From the NCBI GenBank assembly GCA_020848155.1, contig JADLAR010000003.1:3089-67088 (forward strand): DNA of 64,000 nucleotides, in the 5' to 3' direction. The DNA comes from Candidatus Sumerlaeota bacterium. Lineage in GTDB: Bacteria > Sumerlaeota > Sumerlaeia > SLMS01. Below are positions 1 to 9,826 of this stretch, piece after piece. Every line of letters begins with the position of its first letter. Positions within the stretch are counted from its first letter, which is position 1. The notes under the pieces were generated by a model. It worked only from the letters and a program-made list of their open reading frames with translations, made no database searches and was not told the origin of the DNA. The translations under genes were made by a program, and so were the position numbers.

Positions 1-2352
1 ATCCAGAATCGCCTTGGCTTTCAGCATCTTGGGCAGGTGAGGCAATTGTGCGAAGGCGCCGGAGAGATCCTTAACTCGCCGTGAGGTCTCCCCCTCTCGC
101 CACAAGTCGTATGGCCCATCGGGCAATAAAGCTTCTGCGGATATGGACGAATCTTGAACCCGCGACCGATCATCATTCTTGATGATCATGAAGTGGGCTT
201 CTTCGGTCACATTGATCTTGAAAGCCTGAGCCTCATTCTTCTCGGAAACTGTCACCACCGTGCAGTAAGCCTGTCTAACGGCTTCAGGGATTTTTTTTCT
301 CGCCTTGTCTATATTCATGCCAAGCGTGCTCATACGTGCAACGTCCAGCTGCCCGTCCTTCTGTTGCTGTTTCAGATCCACTTCAACCTGTTCCCAAGCC
401 AGATACTCACGAACCGCTGCCGAGGCGACCTCGACGCCGTCCCTGGATGGTGCGAGCAGGATCAAGGCATTGCGGTAGACACGGGGCTTGTCGGAACTCG
501 TTGTTTCATCGAGGTAGCGCTTCGCCTCCGCGCTCGGCTTTCCGGAATCGCTCGCTGCGTTCGGCCCAAGCACCGCGTAATGAAACAAACCATCGTCTTC
601 GATATCTTTGGGCTTCGTGGGGAGCATATGAACCCGCACACCAAGCGCATTTGCACCTTCGGAAAGCTTCTTCGTTCTCTGGATTTCGTCCAGGAGTCGT
701 ACTTTCACAACATCGTCGTTGATACGCGATGCCGCGACGGCGTGCATCTGCGTCAGGTTCGGACGATTGCCAAGCCGCCAGGTCTCTGGCACTTGATTGC
801 CCTCTCCTGAAGTATATTGATCATCCAGCCAAAAACTCACCTGCGCCCATTGTGAGAGTCCCTTCTCCAACTCGATCTTGTCCGGTCGGCTGGGAGCGAT
901 CAGCACCGTCAGATCGCGCAGCTTCGCACTCTGGCCGATGGGTTGGGAGTGCAGGAAAGTCGCCGCGATAGCTTGTTCGATCTCGCGGAACTTCAGGCCG
1001 ACAGAATCACGCTGTATATCTCGCCCGCGCTGCAGTTCTCCCTCGATGACGCCCGTCCATGCCTGACGTTTTCCCTCATGCTCTTCTGTATCTGCCACCG
1101 TCACCAACTCGCGCATCGCCTCGGAAAGCCCATCCTTGCCTTTTTGCGTTAGAAAAACGCACGGCCCCACCAGCGGGCTCTCGTCCCACTTCGCCGCCTC
1201 CCGCAACGCCAGCGCGAAGGTCCGCAACACGCCACGCGTTCGCTGAAAGCGATCAAGCTGCGTCCATTTCGCATAGAACACTTCGGTCAGGTCGGGATGG
1301 AACGGATAACTCTTGAGGAAGCGCTCCTCCGCATCAGCGCCTTGCTTTCGTGTTTGCTCGTCCAGGTCACAAACACCCTTGAGAGCAGCCTGCACATGCG
1401 AACGGAACGCATCGCGATCTTTGATCGACTCGGGAGTAAAAAACCGCCGGCGCAGAACTTCCGCCACATCTTCCTTCACTACCGGCTCCACAGCCTCTTC
1501 GCGTTGGCGCTGGAAAATATCGTAGAGCGCGCCTTGCAACTCCCGGCCAAAGGAATCGCTCTTTGACGGGTCGCTGGCGAGCAACGAGGCAACGATGCAG
1601 CATCGATCGACTTTCGTGGCAGCCTGCGTCAGGTACTGGAAGAAATTGATCATCCGATCCTTCCACTTCGCATCGGCCGCGACCTTCTCCCGCACGTACA
1701 TCAGCACTTCGTCGATCAGGATCAGAACGCCCAGTCCCTGCTTCTGCGGCATCTCCAGCAACGCCGTCAGAAGGTTCTCCGCTGGCGCCGAATCCCGCTC
1801 CTCCGCTTTGCCATCTGCGTGCAGCAGTTTGAGCCCGTCTTCTCCGGCTATCTGCCATGCGAGAACGCTCCAGGGCTGCTTCAATGTTCTGACGGCCCCG
1901 CTTGGATCGCGGACCTCCATGCCTTTCTCGACATCAAGCTTGTCGAAGCAAAGACCCGCCACGCGCGCTGCCGGCGGTTCCTGTCCGATTGCCTGCTCAA
2001 ACTCGGCCACGGATGGCAGCTTGGGAAGATTCGCCGGATTGGTGACCAAATGCCGGAGCGTAATCAGCGTGTGCGTCTTGCCGCCGCCGTAGGTCAACTC
2101 CAGCTGGCGCACCGCCTTGTCGTTCTTCCCCGCCAGGCGCCGCATCACGTCGCGCACAAGTTGCCGCAGGTTGTAGGTCGGAAAGGTCAGAGCGAAGAAC
2201 TTCTCCGGATCCTCGTAAATCGGCCGCTTCCCCCCCTGCATCAGGACCTCGTACAGATCGGCCGCGAACATGTGCATCGGCAGCTCGCCCGACTTCAGGT
2301 CGTCGCGCAGCCCGACCACTTCGTGCCATGGTTTCCAAGGTGTCTTCGCCAT
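1..2352 (-). CDS. DUF499-family ATPase (BrxC/PglY-like; 'anti-phage-associated DUF499'). Only the N-terminal ~784 aa are in the window; the gene runs off the window start.
   Basis: Uninterrupted minus-strand frame from ATG at 2352 to position 1. It is absent from the ORF track because there is no stop in the window. N-terminus MAKTPWKPWHEVVGLRDDL..FAADLYEV..EDPEKFF..TYNLRQL and Walker A LTYGGGKTHTLITL match the DUF499 hallmark. The start overlaps the SIR2 stop as TAATG. Confidence 0.7.
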   Translation of the reverse strand, partial: MAKTPWKPWHEVVGLRDDLKSGELPMHMFAADLYEVLMQGGKRPIYEDPEKFFALTFPTYNLRQLVRDVMRRLAGKNDKAVRQLELTYGGGKTHTLITLRHLVTNPANLPKLPSVAEFEQAIGQEPPAARVAGLCFDKLDVEKGMEVRDPSGAVRTLKQPWSVLAWQIAGEDGLKLLHADGKAEERDSAPAENLLTALLEMPQKQGLGVLILIDEVLMYVREKVAADAKWKDRMINFFQYLTQAATKVDRCCIVASLLASDPSKSDSFGRELQGALYDIFQRQREEAVEPVVKEDVAEVLRRRFFTPESIKDRDAFRSHVQAALKGVCDLDEQTRKQGADAEERFLKSYPFHPDLTEVFYAKWTQLDRFQRTRGVLRTFALALREAAKWDESPLVGPCVFLTQKGKDGLSEAMRELVTVADTEEHEGKRQAWTGVIEGELQRGRDIQRDSVGLKFREIEQAIAATFLHSQPIGQSAKLRDLTVLIAPSRPDKIELEKGLSQWAQVSFWLDDQYTSGEGNQVPETWRLGNRPNLTQMHAVAASRINDDVVKVRLLDEIQRTKKLSEGANALGVRVHMLPTKPKDIEDDGLFHYAVLGPNAASDSGKPSAEAKRYLDETTSSDKPRVYRNALILLAPSRDGVEVASAAVREYLAWEQVEVDLKQQQKDGQLDVARMSTLGMNIDKARKKIPEAVRQAYCTVVTVSEKNEAQAFKINVTEEAHFMIIKNDDRSRVQDSSISAEALLPDGPYDLWREGETSRRVKDLSGAFAQLPHLPKMLKAKAILD

Positions 2353-3455
2353 TACAGGACCTTTCCAGTTTCTTGCGGGGATTCGATTTCTTCAAATGGA
2401 GATACGTCGCTGGGAAATACTTTAGCGAGCTCGATGATCGTGAGGTGATGCGTCAAAAATTCTTTTGCTCCCAGTGGCATGCATGCGACTCGACTCGAAT
2501 CTGAAAGGCCGAGCACACGGAGGATACGATTCGTCTCCTCCGCTTTCCGCTCTTCATTCACCGGACCAATAACGGCAAGTACCCTCATGGTTGGATTGTT
2601 CTTAAGAGCCTGAGCCATGATCCCGTTAATATGATCGTCATAGAACCCATACCCAATTGCTACAATGAGCCGAGCCGAATCCAAAGTCCATCGGCGGAAT
2701 TGGTACGCCAGGAACAGAAAAGGATCCACGTACTGGAGTTTGTATGTGGTTCCGAATATGATCGAAAGCTGGTCATGGTGGATGTTGTTGTAGCCATCCC
2801 TGTAGGTTACTCTTCCGTCTGTGCCCTTCTCCCAATCAACGGAGCCATGAAGCTTGTACAGGAATATGGCAGGCTCTTCGACAGGCTCGAACATGCGCCA
2901 GTCCCAACATTTGTCGCCATCAAAGCCCCTTCCGATGGCAGAGTGAGCGCAGGCAATTTCCACACACCGATCGTAGTTCAGGGAGAAAACACGTAGCGGA
3001 TGTTCATACTCTTTCGCAAAATCCGTTAGTCGCGCGTAATACTGCGCGTCTTCATTATGGTTAAGTGTCACCCATTCACGAAGCTTCTTGACGATCAACT
3101 CCCGAAACAAATGGACGCGGGCAAGGTTTGGCCCGGCTACCTCTGTGAGCTTAGGCGACCAGGCACCAATGAACGGATAGAGCGGATGGTCGTCGCCCTT
3201 TCGCAGGTCGTCCAAAGTGGATACTAGGCGCTCAATGTTGAAGCCACTGACAAAATGCCCCCGTATTCCATCTGAGTAAATAATCGCACTCTTCACATAG
3301 TTGTAGAGATGAAGAAAGTCCTTCCACTCTTTATCATTCTGGAGCAGGCACTCCAACTTCTGGACCATTGAAACAGAATGTGGAATGCCCGCGTCTACGC
3401 TAGCCCCGGCGCCGAGGAGGATCAGAATCTCGTCTCTCTTGAACACAGTCGCCAT
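2352..3455 (-). CDS. SIR2-family protein (defence-type NADase-like effector), stand-alone, no APAZ
   Basis: Rossmann motif ILLGAGASVDAGIP, FSLNYD and LYKLHGS motifs of defence SIR2 (ThsA/DSR/pAgo-associated type). The track ORF is 2352..3515. The internal ATG at 3455 (MATVFKRDE) is preferred: it is preceded by AGGAG and lies 10 nt after the pAgo stop. Confidence 0.75.
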   Translation of the reverse strand: MATVFKRDEILILLGAGASVDAGIPHSVSMVQKLECLLQNDKEWKDFLHLYNYVKSAIIYSDGIRGHFVSGFNIERLVSTLDDLRKGDDHPLYPFIGAWSPKLTEVAGPNLARVHLFRELIVKKLREWVTLNHNEDAQYYARLTDFAKEYEHPLRVFSLNYDRCVEIACAHSAIGRGFDGDKCWDWRMFEPVEEPAIFLYKLHGSVDWEKGTDGRVTYRDGYNNIHHDQLSIIFGTTYKLQYVDPFLFLAYQFRRWTLDSARLIVAIGYGFYDDHINGIMAQALKNNPTMRVLAVIGPVNEERKAEETNRILRVLGLSDSSRVACMPLGAKEFLTHHLTIIELAKVFPSDVSPFEEIESPQETGKVL

Positions 3456-3465
3456 TTTCGCGCTC

Positions 3466-5424
3466 CTATAGGAACCAGGGGGGCATATTTTCGATCTCAA
3501 TCTCGGACAAACCAAGCTGATCGAAATGGCCTATGTACCTGGAAATAAGCTGGGCATAGTAGACGGAAACTGGTGCAGACTTCGCATTGAAGCCACGCCA
3601 ATTAGCTCCGGACAAGTTTACGGCGTCTTGCAAAAAACCGACCTCATCATCCTTCTCCAAACCGCTATTGGAATAGGTGAATTCAACATGCATCGGTCGC
3701 GCGATACGGCGAGTGACTTTGGGGTTATGATACTGGAGTCCTTCGAACCAGACCAAGTACTCGCCGCGCCCCAAGCGAACGAACGTGCTCTCAAAGGGCG
3801 TTTTGCTATTGTTCCAAAGGGCAAACCCTAGGTACTTATCCGTGTCATTAAACTTCATCGCAACCAGTCGTTTTCCGTTGGCAGAGCCTTCAGAAAACTT
3901 AGCTAGAGCACGATGGACTTGATCTAGCTCGTCTCGGCGCAATGCGAATGGGGTATGGATGACGAAGGTGCGGTAGGCTTCCTCGTGCTCATGGAGCACC
4001 CCTAGAACCCCATCAAGCAATGTTTTTAGATACTCGCCTCTATTCTCACTATGTGCGACGACCCTGATCGTTTCATAGAGACCACTTGAGTCCGTAAGCA
4101 CGGAATAGGCGAAATATTTCGAAATCTTCCCCTCCCCATCCTTTCGATGCGCCTGACCTAGACCTACAATTAGGCAGGACTCATTCCTCGGTTCCACTTT
4201 CCAAGGCTTACCTCCAAGTTTTCCGAATGCAGCCAGAGCAATGTTCGCAACCGACCACTTGAAGGTATTGGCGTTCTTCAGCTTCTCGACGCTCACCAAC
4301 TGCGTCGGTAAGCGATTCTTCAGGTAGGTATGCTTGAGTCTGAAATAGGCTTTCTGGCCTTCGGGATCTTCGCTTTCACGGCTCCATGGAAAGAGAACTA
4401 TCGGCAAAACGGTCTCGCTTCCCGCCTCCTCCTTCAGCCTGCCCAGATCGTGCTGGAGAGCCTGAATAGAGAAGCCGGAGACGGCGAGACCTTTAACGTT
4501 TTCTTTTTCCAGCTTCAGACCAAACATCCGTTCCATTCCCGGGAAGGTATGGTATTTCTCGCCTCTCAGCGCGAAATAGAGATCGTGTGCCAGCGGCTTG
4601 TCCTCCGGCCGGTACAGGAAGCAGATGCTAGAAGCTCCCTCGGGGGCTTGGAAAGGTCCAGAAGTTTTCAGTCCCTGAAACTGAGAGGTTGACCGCTTCC
4701 CATTCCCGAGGACGTATGTCTTGGATTCGAGATGCCTCGAAGAAAGGCCCTCCGAGGGCCATTGTACGTCAAGGCTGAGGAATTCACTAACTTCGAGAGG
4801 AAAAAGTTTGGGCTTGTATATACGTAGAAATGACTCGCATTTAAGAAGATGGTCAGCATAGAAGTCGGTATTCTCCCTCCCCTCCCTGTTCAGACTCAGG
4901 CTTCGTTTGAGGGTCTCGCGAGAAACAACATCCATCTTGTTTCGGAAATGGAACCCCATCAAGAAACCGAACTGCTGCTTGGAGCTAAGGTAGAAGGGTT
5001 CAAGCCAGACCTGATCAACCCCCAATTCATCGTCTCGCATCACGAAGTCAATTGTGCGTCGAAAGCACTTGGGATCGGTCCGATACTCATCGGCATTCAG
5101 GACCGCTTGAACTCGCTTGAGCAGGAGGTTGAATAAGAACTGGATAGTAAGCTGAATCTTTGTCCGTGGCGCAGCATCGAAGGGCTCGAATCCCTTCATT
5201 GGGTCGAAGGAGATATCGAAGTCAACTCTTCCAGCCTCCTCTTCGCCGAGCCCGACAGGTAAGGAGTATCTCCTCAATCCCTCTCTCCGCATAGCATCAA
5301 GGGCGCTTCCCGGCTCGCTTCGCCGACGATACACCCGGACAGCGAATTCCTGCGGATCGCACGCGAGGAAATTCAGCGTGATTGGTTTATCCCGGTTCGC
5401 GTTTGTGGGCGGTTCGCTGATCAT
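3466..5424 (-). CDS. Prokaryotic Argonaute, long-B-like (MID-PIWI core with ~250-aa N-terminal region), catalytically inactive
   Basis: MID 5'-phosphate pocket pattern Y-x3-K..Q (AYFRLKHTYLKNRLPTQ). PIWI G-x-D-V slot reads LIVGLGQAHRK, so the Asp is absent. C-terminal PVSVYYAQLISRYIGHF is the PIWI tail signature. The track ORF starts at 5481 inside the upstream gene. The ATG at 5424 (MISEPP) with GAAGGG 9 nt upstream is preferred; 5433 is also possible. Confidence 0.7.
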   Translation of the reverse strand: MISEPPTNANRDKPITLNFLACDPQEFAVRVYRRRSEPGSALDAMRREGLRRYSLPVGLGEEEAGRVDFDISFDPMKGFEPFDAAPRTKIQLTIQFLFNLLLKRVQAVLNADEYRTDPKCFRRTIDFVMRDDELGVDQVWLEPFYLSSKQQFGFLMGFHFRNKMDVVSRETLKRSLSLNREGRENTDFYADHLLKCESFLRIYKPKLFPLEVSEFLSLDVQWPSEGLSSRHLESKTYVLGNGKRSTSQFQGLKTSGPFQAPEGASSICFLYRPEDKPLAHDLYFALRGEKYHTFPGMERMFGLKLEKENVKGLAVSGFSIQALQHDLGRLKEEAGSETVLPIVLFPWSRESEDPEGQKAYFRLKHTYLKNRLPTQLVSVEKLKNANTFKWSVANIALAAFGKLGGKPWKVEPRNESCLIVGLGQAHRKDGEGKISKYFAYSVLTDSSGLYETIRVVAHSENRGEYLKTLLDGVLGVLHEHEEAYRTFVIHTPFALRRDELDQVHRALAKFSEGSANGKRLVAMKFNDTDKYLGFALWNNSKTPFESTFVRLGRGEYLVWFEGLQYHNPKVTRRIARPMHVEFTYSNSGLEKDDEVGFLQDAVNLSGANWRGFNAKSAPVSVYYAQLISRYIGHFDQLGLSEIEIENMPPWFL

Positions 5425-5440
5425 CGTCCGCATCCCTTCA

Positions 5441-8400
5441 TTACTCGTCTCCCTTCTCTTCCTTCGGCAAAAAACTCGCATCCTGCACTGTCGCGCCCTT
5501 GGCGCGCACGTGGTTGCTGAGGCTTTCCAGGAGCGCGCGTTCCTCGCTGCCGGCGTCGGCCAACTCGATCAGCGACTGCACCAGCCGAATGAATAGCTCC
5601 TGGCGGCGGAGGCCGTGTTCGTCCAGGTATTCGTCCACCTTATGCACGTCCCCGGCACGCCATAAATGCATCAATCGGTGTATGCGGTCAATCAGGGGGA
5701 TCGGGCGGCCGCTGGGAGCCTCGTAACCCATCGAGGAACGCTTGCGCTGGGCCCAGGTCTTCAGCTTGAGCTTCCCGCCCGAATCCCCGCTATCGTCGGG
5801 ATCCGCCTCGGCATCCGGATCGGCGTCGTCCTCATCGTCATCATCCGCGGCGGCCTTGCTTCCCGTGTGCGAGACCAGGTCCCAAGCCGAGTCAAGGTCG
5901 CGATCTGACAAACCGCACGCTGTGGCATAGAGAATACACGCGCCGGCAGGAGCCTCTGCCAATCCGAAGTCGTGACGATGCAGAAGGTAATAGGCCGTCG
6001 GGGAATCCATGCGATCCGCCGCCGCCAGGTCTGATCCTTCGCCCTCGCCCGTCAGCACTTGGCCCACCACGAAGTCCACCACCATGCGCCGCACGAGGGA
6101 GAGAAACTCGCCCACACCGAGAACTTCGTTCGGCGTGTTCGCCTTTTTCACAATGGGGTGCTTGCTGTACGCTTCCAGCGCAGGACCCGTCGCCGACCAG
6201 ACAAAGTCCGGCCCGCGAATACCTGCATCCCAGAACTCGCGCAACCGATCACCGATCTTTGCCCGCATCTCTTCCAGTACCTTGTTGTCCCAGCCGGGAC
6301 GAGCAGTCGCAGGGCGTTTCTTGCAGACGAGCCAGACGGAGGAAGAGAGAGCGGCGGAGTTCATCCCTCGCATGCGATTCCCCATCTCCGTCTGAATAGG
6401 CCAACTTCCATCAACAATAAACCCCGCGCGGATGATCGCCGAAACCAGCGTCTCCCAAGCATTGGGGTGCTTGTGTGCGAAAACGATGACAAGGCGCCCA
6501 TCGGTCGTGAGAGACTTTTCGCAAGCTATGAAGGCCCTCGCCATGCCGTCTTCATAGGATTGCTTGGACGCCTTGGAATCGCCGCCATGACGACTGTCAT
6601 CGTCAATTAGTTCGCCGTCATTCGCATCATGATCCCATTTGGGAGAGGTCTCGCCCAATAGGAAGGCACCGTTCTCCAGCGGGGTCCTGCTGACGAATCG
6701 CTTGATCCAGACATAGAAAAAGTCCATGAGGTCAGAGTATGGGATCGCATCGTAATAGGGCGGGTCGGTGACAATACAGTCATACTGATGGTCGCTCATT
6801 TTGATAGCACTGTGATTTAGCGCTTTGGGAGTGGGTGAGGCTATCGAAGCTTGCATAATGTGCTCCCATGCTTCGCACAACCACTCAAGGTTTGAAAGGT
6901 AGTTTCCGGTAGTTTGGGAGATGGGATTTCCTTCACAGTAGTCCCAAATGATTGGTAGGGCAAACCTCGTAAATGTTCCTTGAAGGTTATCCCGCGTATT
7001 ATCCCATCGGCAAATTGAAGATTGCCTATCAGCGATTCGGTCCATTCCCACTGCAAGACCAGCATAGATTGCTTCTGTCCATGTGTGATCATAGCCTCTG
7101 GAAGTCAGTTCGCCCAGCGACGTCCTGCTGGATCGCAAGACCATTCCCAGCGTCTGTAACTGCCTATCTGTGAAAACATCGCGCCACTTCATCAAACCAT
7201 ACCCTTGGATTGAAAACGCCCGCGCAGCACCTCTACCTCCACCAGCCGGGGTCGGTTCCTCTGGACGACCGAACGGAATACTTGAGTAGACGTGATCTAT
7301 TGTCTTCTTGGCTCTGAGAGCGCACTTGACTTCGTGTTCAGTGGCTACCCGATACCCTTTACCAGAAGGACCTTCGACCACAACGGCTGTGGCAACCGCA
7401 GATAAATGGCCGCTTTTGCCCTCTACGCGAATATCTTCCATCGTCATAATGGTCTGGCAGCACGGGCACTGCACGCCTGCACGGGACATCGTTCCAGCCG
7501 ATATACGTTTATCATGCTCTCGTTTCTGCGCAGCGTTGCCTCCCTGCGCAGGGACGTTGTCCTGGATGCCGAACTCGACGCCGGTGCCATCGGCTTTGGG
7601 CTTCATGATCAGCAGGACGCGCTTGTTGTCCTTCTTGCAGAGCCAGCGCGTCTTGAGCAGCGGCACCTCGGCGCGGCAATTCTTGCACTTGACCGTCCGC
7701 GCCCACAAATAGGCCACCGTCGGTTTCGCCACCCATCGCGGGTTGCGTTTGGACTTCAGATATTCTGCTGTGAACTCGCCGTTGAGGGCCTCGATATCCG
7801 GTGTGCCATTCTCCTTCAGAGGGACCAGCCGCATCTCCTGCCGCTCGTAGGGCGATTTGTCTTTGAGATCAAGCCGCTCGAAATCCGCATAGGTGGGGTA
7901 ATAAGGGGCCAGTTCCTTGCGGGCCTCGTTGAGCACCCACCGCCCCCAGGCGCGCACATGCCAGGCGAGGTCCGCCCGGGGCGCGCGGCCTGCGTCTATA
8001 CGTTCCTTCTCAAAGAGATCGCCGGTGGCCTCCTCCTCCTGCTTTTTCGTGCGCTTAGTGCGACCGACCAGATGCGGGTGCGCCTTGTAGAAAGACTCCA
8101 TAAACTCCTCGTCCTCCAGAATGAAGTCGGGGAGCGGGTGCGTCTTGCCGGCGAGTTTCTGAGGATACTCCAGCGTGCATTTGAGGATGAACCAGGCGAC
8201 CGGGTTGATGTCCACCGCGGTGGCTTCGCAGCCAAGGCGCATGGCCTCCAGCGGAATCGCCCCACCGCCGGCAAAGGGATCAAGCACGCGCGGGGCGCGT
8301 CCGCCGTAGGCCTTGCGAATCTCCTCGCGAAAGAAGGCCAACTCCTTCTCGCGCTGGGCGACGGCGGCCTGGTGCTCCGCGATCTTCTTTTTCCCGCCAG

Positions 8401-9823
8401 ACTTCGGCTCCGTGCCGATCCAGCCCAGGATGCCGCCCTCGACCTCTTCCTTCACGCGCTCGACGATGCGCCCGTTGGGCATCTTCTTGCGCTCGACTGA
8501 CTGAACGACCTTCCCGCCAATGCGCTCGCAGAGTTCCTTGCGCGCCTCCGGCGTCCCCGGATCCGGCAGCAGCGTGGCGAGCAACGCCGCCCGACAAGCC
8601 GCCAACGGCCGCCGCGCCGGCCAGATGTGAAGAGTCGATATATGCCCATGGCGCACATTCTTCTCATGCACGGATGTAAGCGATGCCTGCTTGAGAGGGA
8701 AGGCACGTTCGATCAGGCGGGGGGTGTCGGGGGCTTGCTTTGTCAATTCTCGGGGCTCCGATTCTACTGATCGTTTGTTTGTTCGCTCTTCCGGTTTTTT
8801 CTCAATCTGCGACACTTCTTGGTGTTTTTGTTCAATGCCTTCTGGCTCTCTAATGGGACGCAAGGGTACTCCCAATGCTTCCCAGTTCAATTCCATCGTC
8901 TCCTTGTTCAGGCCGATGGGCTCTGCACCCGCACTTCTCAGAGCAGAGAATATCCCATTGGAAAGTTCTGAAAATCGTAGAAAGTGTACATCTCGTCTCG
9001 GGATCTCAAACAAATCTCCAGCGAATCTATCCAAAATCTTATCGTCCCGGCAAACAACGAGGCTTCGTATCCTTTCTCCCATCGTGTCGTTGATATGGGA
9101 TTTCAATCTTGGAGCGAAGCTCCTGGCATCTGACTTCTCAAGACGAACTCCGAAGCTTTCTAGCTGCCGCAGGAGACCCGATGTCGCTGAGGCTAGTTTT
9201 CTTGAAGGTGTTGTATAGACAAGATCGATTTGAGAAGGGATTTCGCTCCCGAGCCGTTTTAGAAGCGAATGGAGGGTATCGTGTTCTTTGTTTCCATCTA
9301 TACGGTAAACGAAGAGCGTCAATGCCCACGCTTTCTCATTCTGGCTGCGATCGAATTCATGCACACCGACAGAATGAGGTGGAAAAACAAGAACTGTGGT
9401 CTCCAGATCTCCGAGCCATTCTTCGATAAGTTTGCTTACCACATTCCAATCAAGCCCGCCGTTGCCGCAACCGAGAGCTGGAACTGTGATGGACTTGATA
9501 TTCTCATTAAGAAGAAAGCTTCTTAGCCAGCGAAGTCCCTTCAGTATATACGAATAAGTTGAGGGGCGTTTCCAGTCTGTTTTTGTCGGCAGATTGACGA
9601 TGATCGGTGTATCGGATAGCAGGTCATCGGACTTCCAGACGTGGGCTCGACCCGGCCGCACCTCGTCAGCCTTGCAGGCTTCAGCATAGCTCTTGTACAT
9701 CTCCGGGTATCGCTTCTTGAACAACAAGGCGATTCCCTTCCCCATGACGCCAACACAGTTCACGGTGTTCACGCGGGCCTGAGCCTCATGCTCGAACATG
9801 TCGCCGGTGACGTACTTGATCAT
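5441..9823 (-). CDS. DarG-like macro domain protein fused to DUF1156 N6-adenine DNA methyltransferase (1460 aa)
   Basis: N-terminus has VNTVNCVGVMGKGIALLFKKRYPEMY and PALGCGNGGLDW, a DarG/TARG1-type macro domain, plus ~200 aa more. From ~aa 365, TPRLIERAFPLKQ..RHGHISTLHIWPARRP is the DUF1156 N-terminal hallmark. MTase motif I DPFAGGGAIPLEA and motif IV TDPPYYDAIPY are present. Confidence 0.8.
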   Translation of the reverse strand: MIKYVTGDMFEHEAQARVNTVNCVGVMGKGIALLFKKRYPEMYKSYAEACKADEVRPGRAHVWKSDDLLSDTPIIVNLPTKTDWKRPSTYSYILKGLRWLRSFLLNENIKSITVPALGCGNGGLDWNVVSKLIEEWLGDLETTVLVFPPHSVGVHEFDRSQNEKAWALTLFVYRIDGNKEHDTLHSLLKRLGSEIPSQIDLVYTTPSRKLASATSGLLRQLESFGVRLEKSDARSFAPRLKSHINDTMGERIRSLVVCRDDKILDRFAGDLFEIPRRDVHFLRFSELSNGIFSALRSAGAEPIGLNKETMELNWEALGVPLRPIREPEGIEQKHQEVSQIEKKPEERTNKRSVESEPRELTKQAPDTPRLIERAFPLKQASLTSVHEKNVRHGHISTLHIWPARRPLAACRAALLATLLPDPGTPEARKELCERIGGKVVQSVERKKMPNGRIVERVKEEVEGGILGWIGTEPKSGGKKKIAEHQAAVAQREKELAFFREEIRKAYGGRAPRVLDPFAGGGAIPLEAMRLGCEATAVDINPVAWFILKCTLEYPQKLAGKTHPLPDFILEDEEFMESFYKAHPHLVGRTKRTKKQEEEATGDLFEKERIDAGRAPRADLAWHVRAWGRWVLNEARKELAPYYPTYADFERLDLKDKSPYERQEMRLVPLKENGTPDIEALNGEFTAEYLKSKRNPRWVAKPTVAYLWARTVKCKNCRAEVPLLKTRWLCKKDNKRVLLIMKPKADGTGVEFGIQDNVPAQGGNAAQKREHDKRISAGTMSRAGVQCPCCQTIMTMEDIRVEGKSGHLSAVATAVVVEGPSGKGYRVATEHEVKCALRAKKTIDHVYSSIPFGRPEEPTPAGGGRGAARAFSIQGYGLMKWRDVFTDRQLQTLGMVLRSSRTSLGELTSRGYDHTWTEAIYAGLAVGMDRIADRQSSICRWDNTRDNLQGTFTRFALPIIWDYCEGNPISQTTGNYLSNLEWLCEAWEHIMQASIASPTPKALNHSAIKMSDHQYDCIVTDPPYYDAIPYSDLMDFFYVWIKRFVSRTPLENGAFLLGETSPKWDHDANDGELIDDDSRHGGDSKASKQSYEDGMARAFIACEKSLTTDGRLVIVFAHKHPNAWETLVSAIIRAGFIVDGSWPIQTEMGNRMRGMNSAALSSSVWLVCKKRPATARPGWDNKVLEEMRAKIGDRLREFWDAGIRGPDFVWSATGPALEAYSKHPIVKKANTPNEVLGVGEFLSLVRRMVVDFVVGQVLTGEGEGSDLAAADRMDSPTAYYLLHRHDFGLAEAPAGACILYATACGLSDRDLDSAWDLVSHTGSKAAADDDDEDDADPDAEADPDDSGDSGGKLKLKTWAQRKRSSMGYEAPSGRPIPLIDRIHRLMHLWRAGDVHKVDEYLDEHGLRRQELFIRLVQSLIELADAGSEERALLESLSNHVRAKGATVQDASFLPKEEKGDE
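8640..8736 (-). repeat. Direct repeat copy 1 (fusion junction inside the macro-DUF1156 gene)
   Basis: See copy 2. The junction sits where QAPD-TPRLIERAFP in the fusion corresponds to M-TD-TPRLIERAFP in the relic. Confidence 0.6.
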
Positions 9824-9826
9824 CGT

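Noticed and set aside
154-2448. Plus-strand ORFs 154..810 (218 aa), 1595..2092, 1819..2448 (209 aa) and others
   Set aside because: They are antisense to the continuous minus-strand DUF499 reading frame (1..2352), which has clear family motifs. They are low-complexity and Arg/Ser-rich, typical high-GC antisense artefacts.
3466-5424. Catalytically active (slicer) Argonaute
   Set aside because: The G-x-D-V-x-H catalytic slot reads GLGQAH. No DEDX tetrad is evident.
5433-5481. pAgo start at 5481 as in the ORF track
   Set aside because: It would overlap the upstream gene by 41 nt with no RBS. The internal ATGs at 5433/5424 follow the upstream stop with a GAAGGG Shine-Dalgarno.
7406-8500. 364-aa plus-strand ORF inside the macro-DUF1156 gene
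   Set aside because: Antisense to a gene with strong methyltransferase motifs. Leu/Arg/Ala-rich with no motifs.
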